Part shown: positions 14,021 to 33,348 of the stretch, piece by piece
Position numbering within the stretch: position 1 is the first letter of the stretch
How the letters are laid out: each line of letters opens with the position of its first letter
Source: the human T2T-CHM13v2.0 reference genome, Homo sapiens
DNA: 64,000 nt
Reading direction: 5' to 3' (one strand)
Assembly: GCF_009914755.1 (NCBI RefSeq)
Contig: NC_060948.1
Made by a program: the position numbers and the translations under genes
Notes under the pieces: model-generated
Seen by the model: only the letters and a program-made list of their open reading frames with translations
What the model was told of the DNA's origin: nothing
The model's database searches: none

Positions 14021-16125
14021 AGATCCATATTTTTTAAATGAAAAAAAATTTCAAAGGTACTCTGCTTGGTACAATAATCAAATGTATAAACTGAGGAATA
14101 AAACATAACCTTGAAACCTACTTATAACTGCATATGGAAAATACAGAGGATAATTTTTTAAATAACGTATTTTGAAAGCCTTAACTAGTAATTTGAAGAG
14201 TTGGCATTTGAAAGGCCAGTATGAATATACCTTCAAAGCAGCAACACAGGTTCCCCATGAGAAAAAGCAAACTCAGGGAAAATAAAACCACAAAGGTTCA
14301 ATCTCTTCTGACCTTTGAAAGACACAGCACAGACAGTGGTCCTTAGGACGAAGAGCAGGAGACCCCTAATTCCGTCACCATGGCGATAGGGCATAAACAT
14401 TGCTGGGTGAGGGCACAATCCACATTGTGAGGTCCAACTGCTGCCAGGAAGACAGGAGTGCTTTTACATAGACCGAAAGGTCATTGAAGGCTCAGAGTTT
14501 TGTTTCAAGAACTGAATCCCAAGCCCACACGTTATTAGGCTGCGCTTCTTCAAACAAGTTATGATATGGGAAAAAGGGCACCCACAAATATACGTATACA
14601 TTATGTATATAATAATATACAGTATCATATATATAAAATATATAACCTATGTATAATATTGTTTTACATCCTGCATCTTATATTATATATATTGTATAAA
14701 ATATAATAATTGATATTTTATAAGTTTTATATTTATACAATATGACATATAGTATATATTATAATTTATGACATATATAATATATGTTATATATCATATA
14801 TAGAATATATTATATGGCTAATATACATATTAAATATGAATTATACATTATATATATTATATATAATATATGTGTTATATATAATACCCATTATGCATAA
14901 TATATATATTATGTCTATGTTATATATAGTATAAAACAACATATAATAATATATACTTGTATATATAAAATGCGACATATAATATATATTACATTTTATG
15001 TCATATGTAATATATATTATATATTATAAATAATACGTTGTATGTATAATACCTATATTAAATATATATTATATGACTATGTTATTAATTACATGTCACA
15101 TATGTTATATATTATATATTTTACATAGAATATACCGGTTACATACAATATATACTATGTTACCTATAATGTATAATTTATTACATGTAAAATAAAGAAT
15201 GCAATATATTATGTATATTTTATAATGTACAATATGTGGAATGTGATATATATAACATATAATATATGATATATGATATACAGTATATGATATATAACAT
15301 ACAATATATGATACCTAATATATACGGTATACAATATATATTTTATGATATGTATTCTCTATGTTTTATATTCTGTTATATATAACTATTTGAAATTATA
15401 TATAACTATATAATATTTTATGTAAATATGTAATATAATATATATAACTATATAATATATTATATATAACTATATATTATGTTATATATACTTTTATAAC
15501 ATAATTTTCTTAAAATATCATAATATAATATATATTTTATTATTTCATATTACATAATATATATTACATATCACCCAATATAAGTAACATACACAATATT
15601 ATAATATAGATTATATTATGTTATATTAAATATCATATATATCATGTATCATATATTCTATAATATCTATTATACATTATATAATATGTATGTTGTCTAT
15701 TATGTGATATATATAACTATATATATAATTATATTATTATACATATAGCTAGATAAACATGTAATTCTACATATTTTCATTTATAATATATAGAATTATA
15801 TAATCATATATAATTATTTATATTCTATAAAAAATTATATCATTATATAAATTATAATATATAAAAATTATAATATGTACTACAAATATATATATTATAT
15901 ATCATATATGATATAGTACCTTTGTTATATATCATAATACATATAAATGTGTATTATGTCATCTATAATTATATAATTTCATATATAAGATGTATAATAT
16001 GTATTATATATTATATATGTTATGTCATATATATAGTATGTATAAGATGACACAGGATAAATATTATATACTATGACATATAAAATATATGAGGTTATAT
16101 GTTACATATAAGGCATAGCAAATAA

Positions 16126-16440
<315 letters not shown>

Positions 16441-18561
16441 AGATCCATATTTTTTAAATGAAAAAAACTTTCAAAGGTACTCTGCTTGGTACAATAATCA
16501 AATGTATAAACTGAGGAATAAAACATAACCATGAAACCTACTTATAACTGCATATGGAAAATACAGAGGATAATTTTTTAAATAACATATTTTGAAAGCC
16601 TTAACTAGTAATTTGAAGAGTTGGCATTTGAAAGGCCAGTATGAATATACCTTCAAAGCAGCAACACAGGTTCCCCATGAGAAAAAGCAAACTCAGGGAA
16701 AATAAAACCACAAAGGTTCAATCTCTTCTGACCTTTGAAAGACACAGCACAGACAGTGGTCCTTAGGACGAAGAGCAGGAGACCTCTAATTCCGTCACCA
16801 TGGCGATAGGGCATAAACATTGCTGGGTGAGGGCACAATCCACCTTGTGAGGTCCAACTGCTGTCAGGAAGACAGGAGTGCTTTTACATACACCGAAAGG
16901 TCATTGAAGGCTCAGAGTTTTGTTTCAAGAACTGAATCCCAAGCCCACACGTTATTAGGCTGTGCTTCTTAAAACAAGTTATGAGATGGGGAAAAGGGCA
17001 CTCACAAACATACGTACACATTATGTATATAATAATATACAGTATCATATTTATAATATATATAACCTATTTATAATATTGTTTTACATCCTGCATCTTA
17101 TATTATATATAGTATAAAATATAATAATTGATAATATATAAGTTTTATATTTCTACAATATGACATATAGTATATATTATAATTTATGTGATATATATGT
17201 TATATATCATATATAGAATATATTATACGGTTAATATAAGTATTAAATATAAATTATACATTATATATATTATACATAATATATCTGTTATATATAATAC
17301 TCATTATGCATAATATATATATTATGTCTATGTTATATATAGTATAACACAACATATAATAATATATAATTGTATATATAAAATGCGACATATTATATAT
17401 ATTATATTTTATGACATATGTAATATATATTATATATTATATATAATACTTTGTATGTATAATACCTATATTAAATATATATTATATGACTACGTTATTA
17501 ATTACATGTCACATATGTTATATATTATATATTTTACATAGAATATACCGGTTACATACAATATATACTCTGTTACCTATAATGTATAATTTATTACATG
17601 TAAAATAAATAATGCAATATATTATGTATAATTTATAATATACAATATGTGGAATGTGATATATATAACATATAATATATGATATATGATATACAGTATA
17701 TGATATATAACATACAATATATGATACCTAATATATATGGTATACAATATATATTTTATGATATGTATTCTCTATGTTTTATATTCTGTTATATATAACT
17801 ATTTGAAATTATATATAACTGTATAATATTTTATGTAAATATGTAATATAATATATATAACCATATAATATATTATATATAACTATATATTATGTTATAT
17901 ATACTTTTATTACATAATTTGCATAAAATACCATAATATAATATATATTATATTATTTCATATTACATAATATATATTACATATCACCCAATATAAGTAA
18001 CATACATAATATTATAATATAGATTATATTATGTTATATTAAATATCATATATATCATGTATCATATATTATATAATATATATTATACATTATATAATAT
18101 GTATGTTGTCTATTATGTGATATATATAACTATATATATATTTATATTATTATATATATAACTAGATAAACATGTAATTCTACATATTTTCATTTATAAT
18201 ATATAGAATTATATAATCATATATAATTATTTATATTCTATAAAAAATTATATCATTATATAAATTATAATATATAAAAATTATAATATGTACTACAAAT
18301 ATATATATTATATATCATATATGATATAGTACCTTTGTTATATATCATGATACATATAAATGTGTATTATGTTATCTATAAGTATATAATTTCATATATA
18401 AGTTATATAATATGTATTATATATTATATATGTTATGTAATATATATAGTATATATAAGATGACACAGGATAAATATTATATACTATGACATATAAAATA
18501 TATGAGGTTATATGTTACATATAAGGCATAGCACATAACATGTAATATATATCATATATAA

Positions 18562-18853
<292 letters not shown>

Positions 18854-20956
18854 AGAACCCTATTTTTTAAATGAAAAAAAATTTCAAAGCTACTCTGCTT
18901 GGTACAATAATCAAATGTATAAACTGAGGAATAAAACATAACCATGAAACCTACTTATAACTGCATATGGAAAATACAGAGGATAATTTTTTAAATAACA
19001 TATTTTGAAAGCCTTAACTAGTAATTTGAAGAGTTGGCATTTGAAAGGCCAGTATGAATATACCTTCAAAGCAGCAACACAGGTTCCCCATGAGAAAAAG
19101 CAAACTCAGGGAAAATAAAACCACAAAGGTGCAATCTCTTCTTACCTTTGAAAGACACAGCTCAGACAGTGGTCCTTAGGACTAAGAGCAGGAGACCCCT
19201 AATTCCGTCACCATGGCGATAGGGCATAAACATTGCTGGGTGAGGGCACAATCCACCTTGTGAGGTCCAACTGCTGTCAGGAAGACAGGAGTGCTTTTAC
19301 ATAGACCGAAAGGTCATTGAAGGCTCAGAGTTTTGTTTCAAGAACTGAATCCCAACCCCACACGTTATTAGGCTGCGCTTCTTAAAACAAGTTATGAGAT
19401 GGGAAAAAGGGCACCCACAAACATACGTATACATTATGTATATAATAATATACAGTATCATATTTATAATATATATAACCTATGTATAATATTGTTTTAC
19501 ATCCTGCGTCTTATATTATATATAGTATAAAATATAATAATTGATAATATATAAGTTTTCTATTTCTACAATATGACATATAGTATATATTATAATTTAT
19601 GACATATATAATATATGTTATATATCATATATAGAATATATTATACGGTTAATATACGTATTAAATATAAATTATACATTATATATATTATATATAATAT
19701 ATCTGTTATATATAATACCAATTATGCGTAATATATATATTATGTCTATGTTATATATAGTATAAATCAACATATAATAATATATAATTGTATATATAAA
19801 ATGCGACATATAATATATATTATATTTTATGACATATGTAATATATATTATATATTATATATAATACGTTGTATGTATAATACCTATATTAAATATATAT
19901 TATATGACTATGTTATTAATTACATGTCACATATGTTATATATTATATATTTTACATAGAATATACCGGTTACATACAATATATACTATGTTACCTATAA
20001 TGTATAATTTATTACATGTAAAATAAAGAATGCAATATATTATGTATAATTTATAATGTACAATATGTGGAATGTGATATATATAACATATAATATATGA
20101 TATATGATATACAGTATATGATATATAACATACAATATATGATACCTAATATATATGGTATACAATATATATTTTATGATATATATTCTCTATGTTTTAT
20201 ATTCTGTTATATATAACTATTTGAAATTATATATAACTATATAATATTTTATGTAAATATGTAATTTAATATATATAACTATATAATATATTATATATAA
20301 CTATATATTATGTTATATATACTTTTATAACATAATTGACATAAAATATCATAATATAATATATATTATATTAGTTCATATTACATAATATATATTACAT
20401 ATCACCCAATATAAGTAACATACACAATATTATAATATAGATTATATTATGTTATATTAAATATCATATATATCATGTATCATATATTCTATAATATCTA
20501 TTATACATTATATAATATGTATGTTGTCTATTATGTGATATATATAACTATATATATAATTATATTATTATACATATAGCTAGATAAACATGTAATTCTA
20601 CATATTTTCATTTATAATATATAGAATTATATAATCATATATAATTATTTATATTCTATAAAAAATTATATCATTATATAAATTATAATATATAAAAATT
20701 ATAATATGTACTACACATATATATATTATATATCATATATGATATAGTACCTTTGTTATATATCATAATACATATAAATGTGTATTATGTCATCTATAAT
20801 TATATAATTTCATATATAAGATGTATAATATGTATTATATATTATATATGTTATGTAATATATATGGTATGTATAAGATGACCCAGGATAAATATTATAT
20901 ACTATGACATATAAAATATATGAGGTTATATGTTACATATAAGGCATAGCAAATAA

Positions 20957-21271
<315 letters not shown>

Positions 21272-23392
21272 AGATCCATATTTTTTAAATGAAAAAAAAT
21301 TTCAAAGGTACTCTGCTTGGTACAATAATCAAATGTATAAACTGAGGAATAAAACATAACCATGAAACCTACTTATAACTGCATATGGAAAATACAGAGG
21401 ATAATTTTTTAAATAACATATTTTGAAAGCCTTAACTAGTAATTTGAAGAGTTGGCATTTGAAAGGCCAGTATGAATATACCTTCAAAGCAGCAACACAG
21501 GTTCCCCATGAGAAAAAGCAAACTCAGGGAAAATAAAACCACAAAGGTTCAATCTCTTCTGACCTTTGAAAGACACAGCACAGACAGTGGTCCTTAGGAC
21601 GAAGAGCAGGAGACCTCTAATTCCGTCACCATGGCGATAGGGCATAAACATTGCTGGGTGAGGGCACAATCAACCTTGTGAGGTCCAACTGCTGTCAGGA
21701 AGACAGGAGTGCTTTTACATACACCGAAAGGTCATTGAAGGCTCAGAGTTTTGTTTCAAGAACTGAATCCCAAGCCCACACGTTATTAGGCTGTGCTTCT
21801 TAAAACAAGTTATGAGATGGGGAAAAGGGCACTCACAAACATACGTATACATTATGTATATAATAATATGCAGTATCATATTTATAATATATATAACCTA
21901 TGTATAATATTGTTTTACATCCTGCATCTTATATTATATATAGTATAAAATATAATAATTGATAATATATAAGTTTTATATTTCTACAATATGACATATA
22001 GTATATATTATAATTTATGTCATATATATGTTATATATCATATATAGAATATATTATACGGTTAATATACGTATTAAATATAAATTATACATTATATATA
22101 TTATATATAATATATCTGTTATATATAATACTCATTATGCATACTATATATATTATGTCTATGTTATATATAGTAAAACACAACATATAATAATATATAA
22201 TTGTATATATAAAATGCGACATATTATATATATTATATTTTATGACATATGTAATATATATTATATATTATATATAATACGTTGTATGTATAATACCTAT
22301 ATTAAATATATATTATATGACTACGTTATTAATTACATGTCACATATGTTATATATTATATATTTTACATAGAATATACCGGTTACATACCATATATACT
22401 CTGTTAGCTATAATGTATAATTTATTACATGTAAAATAAATAATGCAATATATTATGTATAATTTATAATATACAATATGTGGAATGTGATATATATAAC
22501 ATATAATATATGATATATGATATACAGTATATGATATATAACATACAATATATGATACCTAATATATATGGTATACAATATATATTTTATGATATGTATT
22601 CTCTATGTTTTATATTCTGTTATATATAACTATTTGAAATTATATATAACTGTATAATATTTTAGGTAAATATGTAATATAATATATATAACTATATAAT
22701 ATATTATATATAACTATATATTATGTTATATATACTTTTATAACATAATTTACATAAAATATCATAATATAATATATATTATATTATTTCACATTACATA
22801 ATATATATTACATATCACCCAATATAAGTAACATACATAATATTATAATATAGATTATATTATGTTATATTAAATATCATATATATCATGTATCATATAT
22901 CCTATAATATATATTACACATTATATAATATGTATGTTGTCTATTATGTGATATATATAACTATATATATAATTATATTATTATACATATAACTAGATAA
23001 ACATGTAATTGTACATAATTTCATTTATAATATATAGAATTATATAATCATATGTAATTATTTATATTCTCTAAAAAATTATATCATTATATAAATTATA
23101 ATATATAAAAATAATAATATGTACTACAAATATATATATTATATATCTTATATGATATAGTACCTTTGTTATATATCATAATACATATAAATGTGTATTA
23201 TGTCATCTATAATTATATAATTTCATATATAAGATGTATAATATGTATTATATATTGTGTATGTTATGTAATATATATAGTATATATAAGCTGACACAGG
23301 ATAAATATTATATACTATGAGATATAAAATATATGAGGTTATATGTTACATATAAGGCATAGCACATAACATGTAATATATATCATATATAA

Positions 23393-23684
23393 TTTTTTTT
23401 TAGACAGAGTCTTGTCGTGTTGCACAGTGTGGAGTACAATGGCGCCATCTTTGCTCACTGCAACATCTGCCTCACGGGTCCATGTGATTGTCCTCCCTCA
23501 GCCTCCCAGGTAGCTGGGACTACACCACACTGGGACTACACCAGCTGCCACCATGCCTAGCTAATTTTTTGGATTTTTAGTAGTGACAGCGTTTCACTGT
23601 ATTGGCCAGGATGGTCTTGATCTCTTCACCTTGTGATCCCCTTGCCTTGGCCTCCAAATTTGCTGGGATTACAGGCCTGAGCCA
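23393..23684 (-). mobile_element. Alu in DYZ2 unit 10
   Basis: Same antisense Alu as 1641-1932. Confidence 0.93.
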
Positions 23685-25789
23685 AGATCCATATTTTTTA
23701 AATGAAAAAAAATTTCAAAGGTACTCTGCTTGGTACAATAATCAAATGTATAAACTGAGGAATAAAACATAACCATGAAACCTACTTATAACTGCATATG
23801 GAAAATACAGAGGATAATTTTTTAAATAACATATTTTGAAAGCCTTAACTAGTAATTTGAAGAGTTGGCATTTGAAAGGCCAGTATGAATATACCTTCAA
23901 AGCAGCAACACAGGTTCCCCATGAGAAAAAGCAAACTCAGGGAAAATAAAACCACAAAGGTTCAATCTCTTCTGACCTTTGAAAGACACAGCACAGACAG
24001 TGGTCCTTAGGACGAAGAGCAGGAGACCCCTAATTCCGTCACCATGGCGATAGGGCATAAACATTGCTGGGTGAGGGCACAATCCACATTGTGAGGTCCA
24101 ACTGCTGCCAGGAAGACAGGAGTGCTTTTACATAGACCGAAAGGTCATTGAAGGCTCAGAGTTTTGTTTCAAGAACTGAATCCCAAGCCCACACGTTATT
24201 AGGCTGCGCTTCTTAAAACAAGTTATGAGATGGGAAAAAGGGCACCCACAAACATACGTATACATTATGTATATAATAATATACAGTATCATATATATAA
24301 TATATATAACCTATGTATACTATTGTTTTACATCCTGCATCTTATATTATATATATTGTATAAAATATAATAATTGATAATATATAAGTTTTATATTTAT
24401 ACAATATGACATATAGTATATATTATAATTTATGACATATATAATATATGTTATATATCATATATAGAATATATTATACGGTAAATATACGTATTAAATA
24501 TAAATTATACATTATATATATTATATAAAATATATCTGTTATATATAATACCCATTATGCATAATATATATATTATGTCTATGTTATATATAGTATAAAA
24601 CAACATATAATAATATATAATTGTATATATAAAATGCGACATATAATATATATTACATTTTATGACATATGTAATATATATTATATATTATAAATAATAC
24701 GTTGTATGTATAATACCTATATTAAATATATATTATATGACTATGTTATTAATTACATGTCACATATGTTATATATTATATATTTTACATAGAATATACC
24801 GGTTACATACAATATATACTATGTTACCTATAATGTATAATTTATTACATGTAAAATAAAGAATGCAATATATTATGTATATTTTATAATGTACAATATG
24901 TGGAATGTGATATATATAACATATAATATATGATATATGATATACAGTATATGATATATAACATACAATATATGATACCTAATATATATGGTATACAATA
25001 TATATTTTATGATATGTATTCTCTATGTTTTATATTCTGTTATATATAACTATTTGAAATTATATATAACTATATAATATTTTATGTAAATATGTAATAT
25101 AATATATGTAACTATATAATATATTATATATAACTATATATTATGTTATATATACTTTTATAACATAATTTTCTTAAAATATCATAATATAATATATATT
25201 ATATTATTTCATATTACATAATATATATTACATATCACCCAATATAAGTAACATACACAATATTATAATATAGATTATATTATGTTATATTAAATATCAT
25301 ATATATCATGTATCATATATTCTATAATATCTATTATACATTATATAATATGTATGTTGTCTATTATATGATATATATAACTATATATATAATTATATTA
25401 TTATACATATAGCTAGATAAACATGTAATTCTACATATTTTCATTTATAATATATAGAATTATATAATCATATATAATTATTTATATTCTATAAAAAATT
25501 ATATCATTATATAAATTATAATATATAAAAATTATAATATGTACTACAAATATATATATTATATATCATATATGATATAGTACCTTTGTTATATATCATA
25601 ATACATATAAATGTGTATTATGTCATCTATAATTATATAATTTCATATATAAGATGTATAATATGTATTATATATTATATATGTTATGTAATATATGTAG
25701 TATGTATAAGATGACACAGGATAAATATTATATACTATGACATATAAAATATATGAGGTTATATGTTACATATAAGGCATAGCAAATAA

Positions 25790-26104
<315 letters not shown>

Positions 26105-28225
26105 AGATCCATATTTTTTAAATGAAAAAAAATTTCAAAGGTACTCTGCTTGGTACAATAATCAAATGTATAAACTGAGGAATAAAACATAACCATGAAA
26201 CCTACTTATAACTGCATATGGAAAATACAGAGGATAATTTTTTAAATAACATATTTTGAAAGCCTTAACTAGTAATTTGAAGAGTTGGCATTTGAAAGGC
26301 CAGTATGAATATACCTTCAAAGCAGAAACACAGGTTCCCCATGAGAAAAAGCAAACTCAGGGAAAATAAAACCACAAAGGTTCAATCTCTTCTGACCTTT
26401 GAAAGACACAGCACAGACAGTGGTCCTTAGGACGAAGAGCAGGAGACCTCTAATTCCGTCACCATGGCGATAGGGCATAAACATTGCTGGGTGAGGGCAC
26501 AATCCACCTTGTGAGGTCCAACTGCTGTCAGGAAGACAGGAGTGCTTTTACATAGACCGAAAGGTCATTGAAGGCTCAGAGTTTTGTTTCAAGAACTGAA
26601 TCCCAAGCCCACACGTTATTAGGCTGTGCTTCTTAAAACAAGTTATGAGATGGGGAAAAGGGCACTCACAAACATACGTATACATTATGTATATAATAAT
26701 ATACAGTATCATATTTATAATATATATAACCTATTTATAATATTGTTTTACATCCTGCATCTTATATTACATATAGTATAAAATATAATAATTGATAATA
26801 TATAAGTTTTATATTTCTACAATATGACATATAGTATATATTATAATTTATGTCATATATATGTTATATATCATATATAGAATATATTATACGGTTAATA
26901 TACGTACTAAATATAAATTATACATTATATATATTATATATAATATATCTGTTATATATAATACTCATTATGCATAACATATATATTATGTCTATGTTAT
27001 ATATAGTATAACACAACATATAATAATATATAATTGTATATATAAAATGCGACATATTATATATATTATATTTTATGACATATGTAATATATATTATATA
27101 TTATATATAATACGTTGTATGTATAATACCTATATTAAATATATATTATATGACTACGTTATTAATTACATGTCACATATGTTATATATTATATATTTTA
27201 CATAGAATATACCGGTTACATACAATATATACTCTGTTACCTATAATGTATAATTTATTACATGTAAAATAAATAATGCAATATATTATGTATAATTTAT
27301 AATATACAATATGTGGAATGTGATATATATAACATATAATATATGATATATGATATACAGTATATGATATATAACATACAATATATGATACCTAATATAT
27401 ATGGTATACAATATATATTTTATGATATGTATTCTCTATGTTTTATATTCTGTTATATATAACTATTTGAAATTATATATAACTGTATAATATTTTATGT
27501 AAATATGTAATATAATATATATAACCATATAATATATTATATATAACTATATATTATGTTATATATACTTTTATTACATAATTTGCATAAAATACCATAA
27601 TATAATATATATTATATTATTTCATATTACATAATATATATTACATATCACCCAATATAAGTAACATACATAATATTATAATATAGATTATATTATGTTA
27701 TATTAAATATCATATATATCATGTATCATATATTCTATAATATATATTATACATTATATAATATGTATGTTGTCTATTATGTGATATATATAACTATATA
27801 TATATTTATATTATTATATATATAACTAGATAAACATGTAATTCTACATATTTTCATTTATAATATATAGAATTATATAATCATATATAATTATTTATAT
27901 TCAAAAAAAAATTATATCATTATATAAATTATAATATATAAAAATTATAATATGTACTACAAATATATATATTATATATCATATATGATATAGTACCTTT
28001 GTTATATATCATGATACATATAAATGTGTATTATGTTATCTATAAGTATATAATTTCATATATAAGTTATATAATATGTATTATATATTATATATGTTAT
28101 GTAATATATATAGTATATATAAGATGACACAGGATAAATATTATATACTATGACATATAAAATATATGAGGTTATATGTTACATATAAGGCATAGCACAT
28201 AACATGTAATATATATCATATATAA

Positions 28226-28517
<292 letters not shown>

Positions 28518-30620
28518 AGAACCCTATTTTTTAAATGAAAAAAAATTTCAAAGGTACTCTGCTTGGTACAATAATCAAATGTATAAACTGAGGAATAAAA
28601 CATAACCATGAAACCTACTTATAACTGCATATGGAAAATACAGAGGATAATTTTTTAAATAACATATTTTGAAAGCCTTAACTAGTAATTTGAAGAGTTG
28701 GCATTTGAAAGGCCAGTATGAATATACCTTCAAAGCAGCAACACAGGTTCCCCATGAGAAAAAGCAAACTCAGGGAAAATAAAACCACAAAGGTGCAATC
28801 TCTTCTGACCTTTGAAAGACACAGCACAGACAGTGGTCCTTAGGACTAAGAGCAGGAGACCCCTAATTCCGTCACCATGGCGATAGGGCATAAACATTGC
28901 TGGGTGAGGGCACAATCCACCTTGTGAGGTCCAACTGCTGTCAGGAAGACAGGAGTGCTTTTACATAGACCGAAAGGTCATTGAAGGCTCAGAGTTTTGT
29001 TTCAAGAACTGAATCCCAACCCCACACGTTATTAGGCTGCGCTTCTTAAAACAAGTTATGAGATGGGAAAAAGGGCACCCACAAACATACGTATACATTA
29101 TGTATATAATAATATACAGTATCATATTTATAATATATATAACCTATGTATAATATTGTTTTACATCCTGCGTCTTATATTATATATAGTATAAAATATA
29201 ATAATTGATAATATATAAGTTTTCTATTTCTACAATATGACATATAGTATATATTATAATTTATGACATATATAATATATGTTATATATCATATATAGAA
29301 TATATTATACGGTTAATATACGTATTAAATATAAATTATACATTATATATATTATATATAATATATCTGTTATATATAATACCAATTATGCATAATATAT
29401 ATATTATGTCTATGTTATATATAGTATAAATCAACATATAATAATATATAATTGTATATATAAAATGCGACATATAATATATATTATATTTTATGACATA
29501 TGTAATATATATTATATAGTATATATAATACGTTGTATGTATAATACCTATATTAAATATATATTATATGACTATGTTATTAATTACATGTCACATATGT
29601 TATATATTATATATTTTACATAGAATATACCGGTTACATACAATATATACTATGTTACCTATAATGTATAATTTATTACATGTAAAATAAAGAATGCAAT
29701 ATATTATGTATAATTTATAATGTACAATATGTGGAATGTGATATATATAACATATAATATATGATATATGATATACAGTATATGATATATAACATACAAT
29801 ATATGATACCTAATATATATGGTATACAATATATATTTTATGATATGTATTCTCTATGTTTTATATTCTGTTATATATAACTATTTGAAATTATATATAA
29901 CTATATAATATTTTATGTAAATATGTAATTTAATATATATAACTATATAATATATTATATATAACTATATATTATGTTATATATACTTTTATAACATAAT
30001 TGACATAAAATATCATAATATAATATATATTATATTATTTCATATTACATAATATATATTACATATCACCCAATATAAGTAACATACACAATATTATAAT
30101 ATAGATTATATTATGTTATATTAAATATCATATATATCATGTATCATATATTCTATAATATCTATTATAAATTATATAATATGTATGTTGTCTATTATGT
30201 GATATATATAACTATATATATAATTATATTATTATACATATAGCTAGATAAACATGTAATTCTACATATTTTCATTTATAATATATAGAATTATATAATC
30301 ATATATAATTATTTATATTCTATAAAAAATTATATCATTATATAAATTATAATATATAAAAATTATAATATGTACTACAAATATATATATTATATATCAT
30401 ATATGATATAGTACCTTTGTTATATATCATAATACATATAAATGTGTATTATGTCATCTATAATTATATAATTTCATATATAAGATGTATAATATGTATT
30501 ATATATTATATATGTTATGTAATATATATGGTATGTATAAGATGACACAGGATAAATATTATATACTATGACATATAAAATATATGAGGTTATATGTTAC
30601 ATATAAGGCATAGCAAATAA

Positions 30621-30935
<315 letters not shown>

Positions 30936-33056
30936 AGATCCATATTTTTTAAATGAAAAAAAATTTCAAAGGTACTCTGCTTGGTACAATAATCAAATGT
31001 ATAAACTGAGGAATAAAACATAACCATGAAACCTACTTATAACTGCATATGGAAAATACAGAGGATAATTTTTTAAATAACATATTTTGAAAGCCTTAAC
31101 TAGTAATTTGAAGAGTTGGCATTTGAAAGGCCAGTATGAATATACCTTCAAAGCAGCAACACAGGTTCCCCATGAGAAAAAGCAAACTCAGGGAAAATAA
31201 AACCACAAAGGTTCAATCTCTTCTGACCTTTGAAAGACACAGCACAGACAGTGGTCCTTAGGACGAAGAGCAGGAGACCTCTAATTCCGTCACCATGGCG
31301 ATAGGGCATAAACATTGCTGGGTGAGGGCACAATTAACCTTGTGAGGTCCAACTGCTGTCAGGAAGACAGGAGTGCTTTTACATACACCGAAAGGTCATT
31401 GAAGGCTCAGAGTTTTGTTTCAAGAACTGAATCCCAAGCCCACACGTTATTAGGCTGTGCTTCTTAAAACAAGTTATGAGATGGGGAAAAGGGCACTCAC
31501 AAACATACGTATACATTATGTATATAATAATATGCAGTATCATATTTATAATATATATAACCTATGTATAATATTGTTTTACATCCGGCATCTTATATTA
31601 TATATAGTATAAAATATAATAATTGATAATATATAAGTTTTATATTTCTACAATATGACATATAGTATATATTATAATTTATGTCATATATATGTTATAT
31701 ATCATATATAGAATATATTATACGGTTAATATACGTATTAAATATAAATTATACATTATATATATTATATATAATATATCTGTTATATATAATACTCATT
31801 ATGCATACTATATATATTATGTCTATGTTATATATAGTAAAACACAACATATAATAATATATAATTGTATATATAAAATGCGACATATTATATATATTAT
31901 ATTTTATGACATATGTAATATATATTATATATTATATATAATACGTTGTATGTATAATACCTATATTAAATATATATTATATGACCACGTTATTAATTAC
32001 ATGTCACATATGTTATATATTATATATTTTACATAGAATATACCGGTTACATACCATATATACTCTGTTAGCTATAATGTATAATTTATTACATGTAAAA
32101 TAAATAATGCAATATATTATGTATAATTTATAATATACAATATGTGGAATGTGATATATATAACATATAATATATGATATATGATATACAGTATATGATA
32201 TATAACATACAATATATGATACCTAATATATATGGTATACAATATATATTTTATGATATGTATTCTCTATGTTTTATATTCTGTTATATATAACTATTTG
32301 AAATTATATATAACTGTATAATATTTTAGGTAAATATGTAATATAATATATATAACTATATAATATATTATATATAACTATATATTATGTTATATATACT
32401 TTTATAACATAATTTACATAAAATATCATAATATAATATATATTATATTATTTCACATTACATAATATATATTACATATCACCCAATATAAGTAACATAC
32501 ATAATATTATAATATAGATTATATTATGTTATATTAAATATCATATATATCATGTATCATATATCCTATAATATATATTACACATTATATTATATGTATG
32601 TTGTCTATTATGTGATATATATAACTATATATATAATTATATTATTATACATATAACTAGATAAACATGTAATTGTACATAATTTCATTTATAATATATA
32701 GAATTATATAATCATATATAATTATTTATATTCTATAAAAAATTATATCATTATATAAATTATAATATATAAAAATTATAATATGTACTACAAATATATA
32801 TATTATATATGATATATGATATAGTACCTTTGTTATATATCATAATACATATAAATGTGTATTATGTCATCTATAATTATATAATTTCATATATAAGATG
32901 TATAATATGTATTATATATTGTGTATGTTATGTAATATATATAGTATATATAAGCTGACACTGGATAAATATTATATACTATGACATATAAAATATATGA
33001 GGTTATATGTTACATATAAGGCATAGCACATAACATGTAATATATATCATATATAA

Positions 33057-33348
33057 TTTTTTTTTAGACAGAGTCTTGTCGTGTTGCACAGTGTGGAGTA
33101 CAATGGCGCCATCTTTGCTCACTGCAACATCTGCCTCACGGGTCCATGTGATTGTCCTCCCTCAGCCTCCCAGGTAGCTGGGACTACACCACACTGGGAC
33201 TACACCAGCTGCCACCATGCCTAGCTAATTTTTTGGATTTTTAGTAGTGACAGCGTTTCACTGTATTGGCCAGGATGGTCTTGATCTCTTCAACTTGTGA
33301 TCCCCTTGCCTTGGCCTCCAAATTTGCTGGGATTACAGGCCTGAGCCA
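33057..33348 (-). mobile_element. Alu in DYZ2 unit 14
   Basis: Same antisense Alu as 1641-1932. Confidence 0.93.

Noticed and set aside
22028-22372. I/Y/N-rich ORFs in the AT block (also 5042, 31692, 41071, 41355, 44199, 45910, 46619, 48330, 51056, 53444)
   Set aside because: These are translations of ATA/TAT-rich low-complexity DNA that open only where a unit-specific mutation removes a stop. They are useful only as haplotype markers.
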